DNA of 62,243 nucleotides, filler included, from Basidiobolus ranarum (Eukaryota): NCBI GenBank assembly GCA_040143965.1. It is 28 parts of 28 records of this genome, joined end to end, with 100 filler letters (N's around TTAATTAATTAA, not from the genome) between each part and the next. Parts side by side here need not be neighbours in the genome. Positions count along the whole stretch, not along the records: positions 11,176 to 13,308 come from JASJQH010003734.1; positions 13,409 to 15,540 come from JASJQH010003735.1; positions 15,641 to 17,772 come from JASJQH010003736.1; positions 17,873 to 20,003 come from JASJQH010003737.1; positions 20,104 to 22,234 come from JASJQH010003738.1; positions 22,335 to 24,464 come from JASJQH010003739.1; positions 24,565 to 26,693 come from JASJQH010003740.1; 21 more parts are not named here. One strand, 5' to 3'. Shown piece by piece: positions 13,132 to 24,812 of this stretch (position 1 is its first letter; each line of letters starts with the position of its first letter). The notes under the pieces were generated by a model. It saw only the letters and a program-made list of their open reading frames with translations, ran no database searches and was not told where the DNA came from. The position numbers and the translations under genes were made by a program.

Positions 13132-13146
13132 CTCATTTACCGCACC

Positions 13147-13308
13147 ATGTCCGTAGAATCAAATAAAGTCAAGTTCGCTTATGAGTTGAATATGCAAGGC
13201 AGCAAGACTGAGACCTACGAGAAAGGTCAAACAGTCCGCTTCAACTACGGAGATGCTTATAATGACAAGTTCCGCTCAGTGATTGTTGGTGCTTCAGTTA
13301 GATTGAAT
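13147..13308 (+). CDS. DdCAD-1-like protein copy 2, 3'-truncated by contig end
   Basis: The 54 visible codons encode the same amino acids as copy 1, with 8 nucleotide differences, all synonymous. Confidence 0.88.
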
Positions 13309-14079
13309 NNNNNNNNNNNNNNNNNNNNNNNNNNNNNNNNNNNNNNNNNNNNTTAATTAATTAANNNNNNNNNNNNNNNNNNNNNNNNNNNNNNNNNNNN
13401 NNNNNNNNACATTCTAGCAAGTTACGTTGACACGCTTTCTCAGAGAATACCAATCATGTAAATCAACAGTGAGAACTGCTTTAAGGAGGCTAAAAGCTAA
13501 GAGCTATACGTGAGGATACTTCATAGTGAATGACCTGGATAAGTTAAACAACCAAGTTATAATAACAGGTATAAACGCGAGAAATGTAACTAAAGTATAT
13601 TGCTATAAAGGCTAGAAAGCAGTGTTATACAACGCAATTTCGATTGATTTTGATATTTACTGGTCAATAGAGTATAGCGTATTAACGAAGTTTCGACTGC
13701 TATTAGCTGGTAAATAACTCACCAGTTCCGATAATTGTTGGTAGATCAATGTTTCATAGAAAATAAGCTGATCGCTCCCATAGCTCTTGAATATCAAGAG
13801 GGACAAATGCCAGATAAGTGACCACGAAAGCGAAACTTCAAAAACTGCAATCGGGATATCCTTATTTATATGAGAGTAGATCTGGAAAAGTGCTACTTTA
13901 AAATGCGAGATCTGCTGGGCCTGTTCTATAAATTGGCCGTGAGGAGTTTATCTTTTTCTTGTGCGGGTTGGATCTTGAATAGCTCCAAAGTCCAGGTTTT
14001 GACTTTCTCAGGGGCGTGTCAAGTTACCTGAAGCATACCATCTCGGAACGTTTCATTACAACATTGCAGAAGTAGCTCG

Positions 14080-14574
14080 TTGTCCCAAAGTCCTTTTTCC
14101 TGCAGCAGCATTTTCACTTTAGTTTTCCTAAGTTGATAAAAGTTTCCATCCAATTTTTTAGAAGAGGGAAAAGCTTAAGAAATCTGAGAAGTAGACATTA
14201 CAGAGGGTGCAAGGTTGAGGCTCTTAACTGCTAAAGTATTTGGGAGTTTGTAGGAAGTTGTCTAGAGATTTAGAGAAATAGGTGGTCTTCACATATTGAT
14301 TCATTAAATCAGAAGTTCACATTTGTAGTTTTGTCAGCATGTAAACGAGCTAGTATGTAGAATGCGTTAAGGAATTTCATAAGCATGTGTGCAAAGTCTA
14401 TGGATTCTAGCACAAGTTTGAAAACTCTGTATATCTGAGAATCTTTAAGTTGGTACAAATATTTTAAGTAAAATCTAATGGGAAATGATAGTCAATATCT
14501 TACTGAAATATGAGATAACTAAATAATAGGCTATATATTACTTGATAGGTGTTTGGGCAGAACTAATTTCAACA
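14080..14574 (-). mobile_element. Copia A 5' LTR (14229-14574), degenerate PBS and gag start
   Basis: LTR matches family A. The gag start (KMLLQEKGLWD) matches 61643-61987. Confidence 0.85.
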
Positions 14575-15540
14575 ATGATTACCAACCAGGATTCTCAGAC
14601 AGGGTATATAGATTATGGAGCCTCCCAACATTTCACAAATGAACAACATTGGTTTGTGGATTATGAAGAAATCTCAATCAGAACAGTTTTACATGGGAGA
14701 CAATGGTACAAATAATGCCATTGGAAATAGAACTATTCAAATCAATTCAACTGGTGTTTTATGAAGAGAAAGTGTATACCTTTCAGTATGTACCTCATGT
14801 TGCAGATATAGTCAAGAATTTAATATTTCTATGCAAGGCCACCTCAGAAGGGCTGAAATTCTATTTTGATAAGGCAGGATGCTTCATCACCAATTAAAAC
14901 AGGAATTATTAAACTGTGGGAGAAAAGGATTGTAACTTTTATAAAGCCCATAAAATTCAATAGGTTTACCTGTAAATATCAGTGGTTCCAATCAAGATAC
15001 TTCGCAATTGTGGCTTAAAAGATTTAGCCATATTAAATTTGATTATTTCAGCAAAACAATCAAAAATTGCCTAATTTTTAGAACTCAAATCAACGCTTGC
15101 AACCAAAATGGAAATTTACAAGGATTTGATATATTAAAAACTAGTCATACAATAGTCAAAGAGCTCTGGTTTAATCAAATTGGTTGTAAAATGGGGTTAA
15201 CTTCATTCAGATTTGTGTGCACCTGTGCAACTTCATTGTCAGGCAGAAAAAGATATTTAATCATCTGTAACAGAAATTTGAGGATTGTTATTGTAGGAAA
15301 ACCATCACAATTTTAATCCATTTGGGATTGACCATTTACTTGTTGAAATTAGCATTGCCTAAACATCTATATAGTCATATATAACTTAGTACTTAGTTAT
15401 CTTATAATTCACTAAGATATCATCAATTAATTCTCAATTGGAATTTACTTAGAATATTTTTACCAACTTAGAAGTTCTCAGATATATAGATTTTTCAAAC
15501 TTGTGCTAGAAGCCCCAAACTTTGCACACATGTTCCTGGG
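14575..15540 (+). mobile_element. Copia protease/pre-integrase relic, CACTA left-end fragment (~15265-15340) and partial LTR A (15341-15540)
   Basis: YIDYGASQHFT-like protease motif. TAACAGAAATTTGAGG matches the CACTA terminus, and TGTTGAAATTAGC starts at 15341. Confidence 0.8.
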
Positions 15541-15640
15541 NNNNNNNNNNNNNNNNNNNNNNNNNNNNNNNNNNNNNNNNNNNNTTAATTAATTAANNNN
15601 NNNNNNNNNNNNNNNNNNNNNNNNNNNNNNNNNNNNNNNN

Positions 15641-17772
15641 ATGAGTACCAGGTTTTGACTAATAATCAAATTTTGATTCTAACCAACTTACCTGCTGTTT
15701 GAAAATCAATTGGCTGCCAATGGGTGTTTAAAGCTAAACACAACTCTGATGGCAATATAGAAAGATACAAGGCTAGACTAGTAGCCAAAGACTATTCCCA
15801 AACACTAGGAATTGATTATACATAGACCTCTGCTCCTGTAGCAAAGCTTAATTCAATCAGATTGATTTAGCAACTTCAGCTAAATATCAATGTATTATAC
15901 ATCAAATGGATATTGGAACTGCTTCTGTGAATGGTGAGCTTGCTGAGGATATTTATATGGACCTGCCAGATGGATTTGTGGACTCAGTAAACCTTGAAAA
16001 GTTTGCAGACTCCAGAAAACAATCTGTGGCTTAAAACAATCTCCCTAAATTTGATCTAAAAAGTAAGAAATGCATATTTCTTGATTGTTTTACTCAAACA
16101 AAGGCACACAGACTCTCTGATACCAAAATTTCCAACTTAATCAAGTCTGGGGATGTTTTGTTTGATCAAATTACAACATTTGTACCCAAAATGACCTCCA
16201 ATGATGACAAAAATCAATTTTCTCCTGATCCAATCATTCATATTGATTCAAACCAAAGCAATGAAGAAAATAGCATTCCTGTGGACCCTTGAACCAAATT
16301 TTGCATACTAAAGTGCCCAATATGATGTCATAAGTTATAATACCTTTATTCCAAGCCACAAGATCAAATTGGATCAGAAACAGCCCTGATTACTTTGTCA
16401 ATGAGTCCAAAAATTGGGCCTATGCCTGCTCAGCTCATATATGTGAGCCCCAGACTGTACAAGGGGCCCTGAATAGCCCTCACAAAAAATTTTGGGGATT
16501 TGCAATGGCTGACAAGTACCAGGCCTTGATTGCTAATCAATCTTAGATTTTAGCCAATTTAGCTGATGATAGAAAATCAATTGGTTGCTGATGGGTGTTT
16601 AAGGTTGAATACAACTCTGATGGCAACGTAGAAAGGTACAAGTCTAGAATAGTAGCCAAAGGCTTTTCCCAAACACCAGGAATAGTTCATACAGGAACTT
16701 TTGCTCCTGCAGTAAAGTTTAATTTAATTAGAATGATTTTATTAATTTCAGCTAAATATCAGTTTATTATACATCAAATGGATGTTAAAACTGCTTCTTG
16801 AATGGTGAGCCTGCTGAGAAGATCTATATGGACTAGCCAGATGGATTTGTGGACTCAGAAAGCTTAAAATGGAAAATGTAATTCAGTATCTACCCCAATG
16901 GATACAAATCTTAACTTAACCAAAAATGGCTCAAATCAGACATTTTTGGATTCATATGTAAGCCAGATATTTTGTTATAAGTCTATGGTTGGTAGTTTGA
17001 TGTATGTCAAGATTGGGACATAGCCAGATATTGCATTTTCTCTGGGAGGTATGTGGCAATATCTTCAAAATTATGGATCTGATCAAATCATAGCAGTTCA
17101 GTGGATTTTCAGATATTTGAAAGGTAGTGTCAATCTGTACTTAACATTCACTTATTGTGGATCAAACTATGATCTGATGAAATATTTGGATGCAAATTGA
17201 GGAAGAGATATTGAAGAGAGGAGATCTACAACAGGATATTTATTTCTTTGCTGTGATGGAGCTATTTCTTGGAATTCAAATAAACATCTTACTGTAGCAC
17301 ATTCAAAAGCAGAAGCTGAATACATGGCTGCCTGTGAAGCAACAAAAGAAGCAATAGGATTAAGAAAGTTTTTAACAGATTTTAGTTTTTATCCAAATTT
17401 GCCAACTGCAATATTGCAAGATGACCAAATTTGTGTCATATTAGGTAAAAATCCCATGTGTCATAATAGAAGCAAATATATAGATATTAGACATCACTTC
17501 ATTAGAGTGACTGTAGAGAGTAAGTTTATTGGCTTAACTTATTGCTCTACAGAGGACAAGATTGCTGATAAATTAACCAAACCATTAGCTAAATGGAAAT
17601 TTGAGAAACTTTGACCTTGATTTGGATTAGTTTATATGACTATTTAGTTGAGGGAGAGTGTTGAAATTAGCATTGCCTAAACACCTATATAGTCATGTAT
17701 AGCTTAGCACTTAGTTATATTATATCTCACTAGGATAGTATCCATTATTCTCAATTTGAATATACTTGGAAT
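15641..17772 (+). mobile_element. Copia A pol relic (RT N-terminus present twice, RT core deleted, RNase H), PPT, partial 3' LTR from 17659
   Basis: ERYKxRxVAKxxSQ and HQMD motifs occur at ~15760 and ~16630. RNase H ORF is 17324-17614. Confidence 0.9.
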
Positions 17773-17873
17773 NNNNNNNNNNNNNNNNNNNNNNNNNNNN
17801 NNNNNNNNNNNNNNNNTTAATTAATTAANNNNNNNNNNNNNNNNNNNNNNNNNNNNNNNNNNNNNNNNNNNNT

Positions 17874-18182
17874 GGTACAAATGAGGCTAGCTTTGCGTAC
17901 TACAACTATAATCAGTGCTACAACTTCCAACCACTCACAGATGTGGAAGTGTTTGTAACCTTTGGACAAAAGGACAATGCCGGACTCTACTGCTACTACA
18001 GTAACTGGGATTGCTACGGTGAGGAGATTTGCATCGAGAATGATGGCACCACACTAGTTCCTGTATCAGACGATATCAAGAAAACCGGAATCAGGAGCAC
18101 TTTGATAAAGAAACATCCTAGCAGCACCGATGAACAGTACGGAAACGACATTCCCAAAGATGCTATCTCATGGGTTTATTGA
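17874..18182 (+). CDS. 3' part of a small Cys-containing protein, possibly beta/gamma-crystallin-like
   Basis: The frame is open from the contig start: GTNEASFAYYNYNQCYNFQPLTDVEVF...YCYYSNWDCYGEEIC...GIRSTLI. CpG content is normal and AATAAA lies downstream. Confidence 0.55.
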   Translation, partial: GTNEASFAYYNYNQCYNFQPLTDVEVFVTFGQKDNAGLYCYYSNWDCYGEEICIENDGTTLVPVSDDIKKTGIRSTLIKKHPSSTDEQYGNDIPKDAISWVY

Positions 18183-19739
18183 ACTCACAGATGACAAAAG
18201 ATATCCCCTTAATAGATTACTATAAGCAAAAATAATTCAATAAATACAATTCTTTCACAAGTACCTTCATACAAAGACATGATATACAACATACCATCTA
18301 TACCTACATACTTTACTCTTGGTTTATACCAGGTACCCTATGGAGAGCGAGTACTGCGATCCCTATTAAGTTAGGTTACCGTGGCAGGGAAGAGTAACAT
18401 GTTAGGTGGTATAAATGTGCGGAGTTACCGCTGAATATAGATAGACTCGAAAACTACTTATTCAATCGGGATAGATTGTAGCATAATATTCATAACAGCT
18501 ATCGAGTGCTACCAAACGGGCAATCAGGAAGAAGGAGTCGAGACCTAGAAGTTAAAGTACACACCTCGAAATTAACATTGACGTTGATTCAAAATGGCAA
18601 AGTATCTATCTGTCGTAGCATAGGTAGAATGCCTAGTGCAATCCTTTTTGGGATAATTTAAAAAATCCAAAAATGTCGTTGTTATTGTAATTTGCCATCC
18701 AATGAACCCTGTTATTCTCCGAATCTAGATTACATTCTAAATGGAATTCTTTTCTACTTCGACTATTCACTTCCCGCCTTAGCTGCTTCTATTATGTATA
18801 ATTTTGGGGTCAACAGGGGAGGCTGACTGATCTGATAGAAATTTTATACTCCCATCTATATATGGTGGTGTATGCGATCGTCAGTTGAGTCATCAATCAT
18901 TGATTATATATAGTATTTGGTTAGTCTGTTGAAGATGGATTAGAGAAACCATATCAAATTCGCCGATAGGATATAGACATACTGCAAATCGAGATTGTAT
19001 TAGGGGTGGGCACCTTCCTATTTCTTTTGCTGGTTTCTACTGAGAATTATTTAGGAGGCTTTATATTCCATAACGTGCTGTTGTATTGATAAACTCTTTA
19101 TATTCTGATAAGTGATCGTCAGCTACGTCATATCTGAAATTTTTCTCACATATTTCTTGATTCTGAAAAGAAGTAACCTTGAATATATGGATAATGTTAT
19201 GGAAGACTTATTCAAGTGTAGTATACATCTTCAACTACAATGTTGGATTCTATTATAAGCTCAAGGAACTATACGGTTGACATTTCTAGCACTAAAAAAA
19301 AACTTTATGACAAATAATACTTATTGCAATGTCAATAATCGTATACCAGATTTTAATGTGATATGAAACACAACACCAAACGGTGCTATCCATGTAGCTG
19401 TTTAAAATCCTAATACTAAAGTGAGTACAATAGTGGCACAATTGGTATGACTTAGTCATGCACCCAGCACAGAACTTCCATGCCCGGAAAAACCAATTGA
19501 CTGGGATATCATTAGTGAAAGTGCCTACCGAGATATCGATGCAGCATCACCTATAAGGAAGTGTATAGGATTTCAATATTGACTAGAATCCACTATTATC
19601 TTCTACTGAAAAAAAGATCACAGTGAATGCACAACTATATTGGTCTTATCAGAGGAATGCTATTTCTGCTTCATGACTATATATACCGTAGGAAAAGTAC
19701 CGACACTTTCAACACAGAGTATTTACTTCTCTTCCGACA

Positions 19740-20003
19740 ATGCACTTCTCCAGCGCGATCTTTTCTCTTCTATCTTCCGCAGCCGTTCTTGCACGCTATG
19801 TTACAGCTGCCCCTCTTGATAATTGCAATGTGCTCACCAGCGAGCAACAGAACCTCATTGGGCTTAATGCATGCAGCCCGGTAAAAGTCACCGTTCAGTC
19901 CGTCCCGGAAGCGGTTGTGAGCTTTCTCGACAATACGCCTTATGAAGTGGGACAACAAGACTTCATCACACCTGGTAACTTGATAGCCTTGCTCGATGGC
20001 AGC
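19740..20003 (+). CDS. Secreted protein of unknown function, N-terminal part
   Basis: Signal-peptide-like MHFSSAIFSLLSSAAVLARYVTA/APL. TATATA lies upstream and the frame is open to the contig end. Confidence 0.7.
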
Positions 20004-20103
20004 NNNNNNNNNNNNNNNNNNNNNNNNNNNNNNNNNNNNNNNNNNNNTTAATTAATTAANNNNNNNNNNNNNNNNNNNNNNNNNNNNNNNNNNNNNNNNN
20101 NNN

Positions 20104-20305
20104 TAAATCAATTGTTTGAGATATTCAGTAGTTTGTGTAATAAGATATAATAGATAAGTGGGGGTAATAAGACATACTTGTTATATAGATATAGAGATAT
20201 TCCTATTTATAATATAGGGGCTATAGATACGTTGCTTTCTGTTTCTGATATATGTATCATAACTAAAGTTAACTATGATGTTGAATAAAGATTAATTATC
20301 CAACA
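20104..20305 (-). repeat. Copia family C LTR, partial
   Basis: Matches 41054-41370 and 43870-44186. Starts TGTTGGATAATT. Confidence 0.85.
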
Positions 20306-21515
20306 ATATTGGCTGAATTCTTTACAGAAATTTGCAAAAATCCAAGAGCTTATTCTCATTGTGAGTGGTAACAAGAGTCAGCTATTTGCCAAGTGTCAGT
20401 GCTATTCAAAATTTCAGATGGTTTGCAATTTTTCCATTGCTAGTTTGCTGGTAAACCATATGGATGTTGTTGAGTTATGTCTGATCAGTCAAGTATGTGC
20501 ATATGTAGTGACTAATCACAATAAGATTCTTTTATTTTTTGATTCTCATTATGGCTGGATTACAGAGCCTAAAATATCTATATAAAGACATGCATAATAA
20601 GTCAAATTCCTACAGCAGTAAACTGAATAATTTGCCATTCAAAAATTATATTTGCCAAAAAATGCCGGAAATTAATAATGCATGTCAAATATGGGGATCA
20701 AAATTTTAACATGTGTGAATACTGTTATAATACCATCAAGCAACTGCCATCACACCATTAAAATCCCTGGCAGAATGCAAGCCACCAACATTGTGACAGT
20801 TCTCTGATGGTTTTGCAATTTAGAAGGGTGGATCCAATCCGGATCAAATTGATTTTATTTTTATTAGGGACTGCAAAGCACTCTCAGTAGTGTCACACTA
20901 CAAGGACATATGCAAATACTAAAAGGGCTTGAGGAATATTTTCAAAAGTATGGAGGGAAAATTGCAGTGCAAGTAAGCAGAAAGTGGCTTCAAAAGAAGA
21001 ATATTCAACTTGACATTCAGTCAGGTGCTGACCATGCAGATATCTGGGAAGAACTTAATACAGAGTGGCACAATATTGCAAGGTATCCACCAGATAGCTG
21101 GAAGAGTGTTGATTCAGCAACATTAATACAATGGTGGGCTTTGATGGAGATATAGATTCAAACTTGTGTTGGATGTGAGCTAAATCTTGGGTATGAAGAA
21201 CTCTATAAAAATATTCAGGAGAACAGATCAAAGAAACTAGGAATTTCAAAGGTGACAAATTAGTGCTCAAGTGGCTAAAGTGTAAAATTTGAGTTACCTT
21301 TTTTATGCATGCATTGATCTATAGTTCTCTGAGATTTTAACCAATCATGAGCAACTATTTTGTGAGATTTTGAAATTTTGCTCCTAAAACAGAAAAAATT
21401 GATTAAAATCAAATCTAACTGGACAATTTTATGATGGTAAGCAAATGGTCAATCCAAAATGGATTAAAATTGTGATGGTTTTCCTATAATAATGATCCTG
21501 AAATTTCTGTTAGGG
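20306..21515. mobile_element. Two CACTA-type ends: transposase-side end (to 20869) and ORF2-side end (20870-21515)
   Basis: Termini are ...TTTTTATTAGGG (20869) and ...ATTTCTGTTAGGG (21515). Confidence 0.8.
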
Positions 21516-22234
21516 TTTTCCATATATATAACCCTCACAAATTTCCATTTTGGTTGGGGGGTTAATATGAATTCCAGAAATTAGGGGCTTGTTGATTATT
21601 TTGCTCAATTAATCAAATCCCATATGGCCAAATCTCTCATGTCATAATTGATTAGTTTCTCTATTGGAATTACTTATATTTATGCATAAGCCTCTTGGAT
21701 TATATGTAAGTTTGTATAATTTCTGGTCCTTTTCTCCCAAAGCTAAATAATTCCCATTTTGATCAGTGATGGTTCATCCTGACTGATCAAAATTGAATTT
21801 TAGCCCTTCTGAGGTGGCCTGCATACAGATATTAAATTCTTAGCAATATCTGGAACATGTAGTACATCCTTAAATGTACACACTTTGTCTTCAGAAGTTC
21901 CAGTTAAATTGACTTGAAATGCTCCCATTCCAATGGCATCAAATGTGGGGTCATCTCCCATGAAAATCTTCCTAATTGGGATTTCTTCATAATCCACAAA
22001 CCAATGTTTTTCATTTGTGAAATGTTGGGAGGCTCCAGAGTCAATATACTGTGTCTGATCCTTGTTGGTAGTCATAGATAGAGCAGATATGAACAAGTGA
22101 TTTTTGGTTATAACCTCATTTCCAGATTCAGTATGTTTTTCATCTTTTGCAAGGCTTTTAAAGCAATATTTGCTTAAATGGCCAGTTCTTTTACAGTAAT
22201 CACAGAATATGTTACTAATCTTCTTAAAGTACTT
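21516..22234 (-). mobile_element. Copia gag zinc knuckle / aspartic protease / pre-integrase relic
   Basis: CDYCKRTGHLSKYC knuckle, YIDSGASQHFT and DVLHVPDIAKNLISV. Confidence 0.9.
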
Positions 22235-22875
22235 NNNNNNNNNNNNNNNNNNNNNNNNNNNNNNNNNNNNNNNNNNNNTTAATTAATTAANNNNNNNNNN
22301 NNNNNNNNNNNNNNNNNNNNNNNNNNNNNNNNNNGTAGACATCAACAAGCTATATCTGTAAACATGAAAAATGGTTGAAGCGCAATCAATATTTCCAACA
22401 ATATTTCTGATTAAACACAACATTTGATTTGCTCATCCATGTACATAGGATTTCTGCCAACATTACATAAAGCTTGGAATGGACTATCCATTATTGATAT
22501 TTACGGCGATCTAAAATCATTTTGGACTCTTATGCCTATTTCGCCTTAGTCCTGTTTAAAAGTAGATTGAAGCTAAGACTAATCGGAAAAACTGAGAACC
22601 TGAAAACGATACTGATGATATTTATGTAGCATCGCTATTTTTAATTCAGTAGCGCACGAACGCCAGAAGTAACTTTTAACTGGAAATCTTAAACACTTCC
22701 TTCATGTCCCTCAAGTAGGACGATGCATACTGAGGCAACCTGTTTCGTCATTCAAGTTCATCACAAGATCCATCGAGTAACATGTATTGTATTTGCTATC
22801 TATTTCTTAATGTAGTTGCATTGCTTATGTCATAGGCACGTGGACTCTAATGTTTTCAGAAGTCAATCACAGTTT

Positions 22876-22899
22876 TTTAGGGTTTAGGGTTTAGGGTTT
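22876..22899 (+). repeat. (TTTAGGG)3 telomere-like tract
   Basis: Three perfect TTTAGGG units plus TTT. Confidence 0.75.
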
Positions 22900-23057
22900 C
22901 GAAGTCTAACCCACCCTAAGTGTGTGCAGTTTTGTGAGGAAACTCAATTTATATCCGTATATCCAAGGATTATTACTCCCAACTTACTCATCAAAGTTAG
23001 ACTTATTAACGACTTTCTGCACCCTATTTACTTAATGATCACCGAAATCCGAGGGCA

Positions 23058-23715
23058 TCAATAATTATTTATTAGGATTAAAATAGACAATTTGCAGATC
23101 AAGTATTCTACTTTAATGTAATTTTCTAAGTTCGTGATTAATTTGTTCTCCACTTTAATTGGAGCTGAAATCCAAGTGTCAAAGTCAGCAGGTGGATTAG
23201 GATTACCAAATGGCTTGAGCCCCTTAACAGTCAATGTGTAAGTGCCGGATGGTGCTTCAACCTCTTGTGCTTGTCCGTTCGTGACGGTACTGGATCCATC
23301 GAAAGTAACTTTGATATCCGTGCCTGGGTAGTTACGTGAGAAACCACCTTCTACTAGATCACTTAGTCCAAGTTCTTTTCCTTTCACATCACTCAACGCA
23401 ATGGAGAGGTACTTGGTAGCATGGATCATTGCAAACCGGAGAAGAGGAACATCATTTCCAACTAGGCCTGGTGCTCCTGAAACCAAACTAACTACAGATG
23501 GTTGTCTCTCTCCCTTGGTATCAATAACTGTGATACTGTGAAGATCTCCGGCACCACCAGCATATGGGACGCTTACTTCATTATCTTCAATGGCTTGAAG
23601 TGAACATATCCAGAGTAGATCCATAAATCTTTCTTATCAAACTTGGGAGGAGAAAGTATAACCTTACCTTGTTTGCTTTGACTTGGACGAACAGTAACGG
23701 TGGATGGAAATGCCT
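23058..23715 (-). pseudogene. C-terminal (Fn3-like) part of a fungal S8 subtilisin, frameshifted relic
   Basis: SVPYAG...GTYTLTVKGLKPFGNP...DFDTWISAPIKV is typical of large fungal subtilisins. The conserved DLWIYSGY motif lies in a different frame, and no catalytic domain is recognisable upstream. Confidence 0.7.
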
Positions 23716-23978
23716 GACAACTGGCCTACGCTTGCAATGATAGGATGGCCAGTAATAATATCTAGTATCTTGAAAGCTTAGTAGCTGATAGCTTTACCAA
23801 AAATCCACATACCAATACAGAATAGATAAAGTACATATTCATGGGTTTGCGTGAATATCAAGTGATTGTAACATACCACTGAAGAAATGCCTTTTATTTC
23901 CGCACTCAATCTCCTGAAAATACGTGCATAAATATCTGACTATAATATAGGATGCTAACTGTAACCCTTCATATCATA

Positions 23979-24000
23979 CATATATATATATATATATATA
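23979..24000. repeat. (TA)n microsatellite
   Basis: Run of about 10 TA units. Confidence 0.9.
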
Positions 24001-24564
24001 CCTAATGTTTAGTACCGAATCCGAACATCTGCTGCGGCTGTTAGATATGGACATGATCTTTGGATCTGCTTGCTCTAATTGCTCAGCTACACTCAAATCA
24101 TGCATTGTTAAAGTTGATCACTTTAGATAGTTGCTATTCAATCTGTTTGCAAACTGATTGCTGTACCTTTGTTATCCTCGTTTTTGCGTTATTCGTTTTC
24201 AACCTTGCTAAAGTCATCACTGGCGGAAGACTGAGCGCTGCACATCATCGTATTTACGATATATTTTTGTAGCGATTTTGTGCATCTACAAATCATTTAC
24301 TTGTACGTACCAGGTATTTCATCGCACATTTTCTTTCGAAGCCATCCCATTTCCCCCAGAAACAAGCTTGCACTGCTAAAATCAACCATAAGATCAGAGT
24401 CAGACAAAGCTTGAATGTCGGTTGGTCTGGTTTTTCTGTCAGTTATGTACACGAAAAGGTCCAANNNNNNNNNNNNNNNNNNNNNNNNNNNNNNNNNNNN
24501 NNNNNNNNTTAATTAATTAANNNNNNNNNNNNNNNNNNNNNNNNNNNNNNNNNNNNNNNNNNNN

Positions 24565-24812
24565 AGGATGATGTAAGGAAGATCAGGTGACCTTCCATGG
24601 AAGGTCTTGGCGGAAATACTTTATGTGTGGGATGACATGATTGGTTAGGTTTTGTAGAATGTTCCAAAGAAAATGACTTCCATATAAGGTAATCTGGATG
24701 AACTAACACCAGATTGCCAAGAAGGGATGGCACAGCAGATGTGATGTCATAATCTAATAATAGAAGAGTTCTATTTGCAGTGGATCAGTATGCCAAGATC
24801 AGAATCATGACA
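24565..24812. repeat. LTR family D (TGTCA...TGACA type), partial, inserted in a CACTA transposase
   Basis: Matches ~49340-49586 and ends TCATGACA at the junction with transposase sequence. Confidence 0.7.

Noticed and set aside
24010-24464. CpG-normal, coding-looking stretch
   Set aside because: There are stops in the frames I translated and no assignable product. The same applies to 13740-14075.
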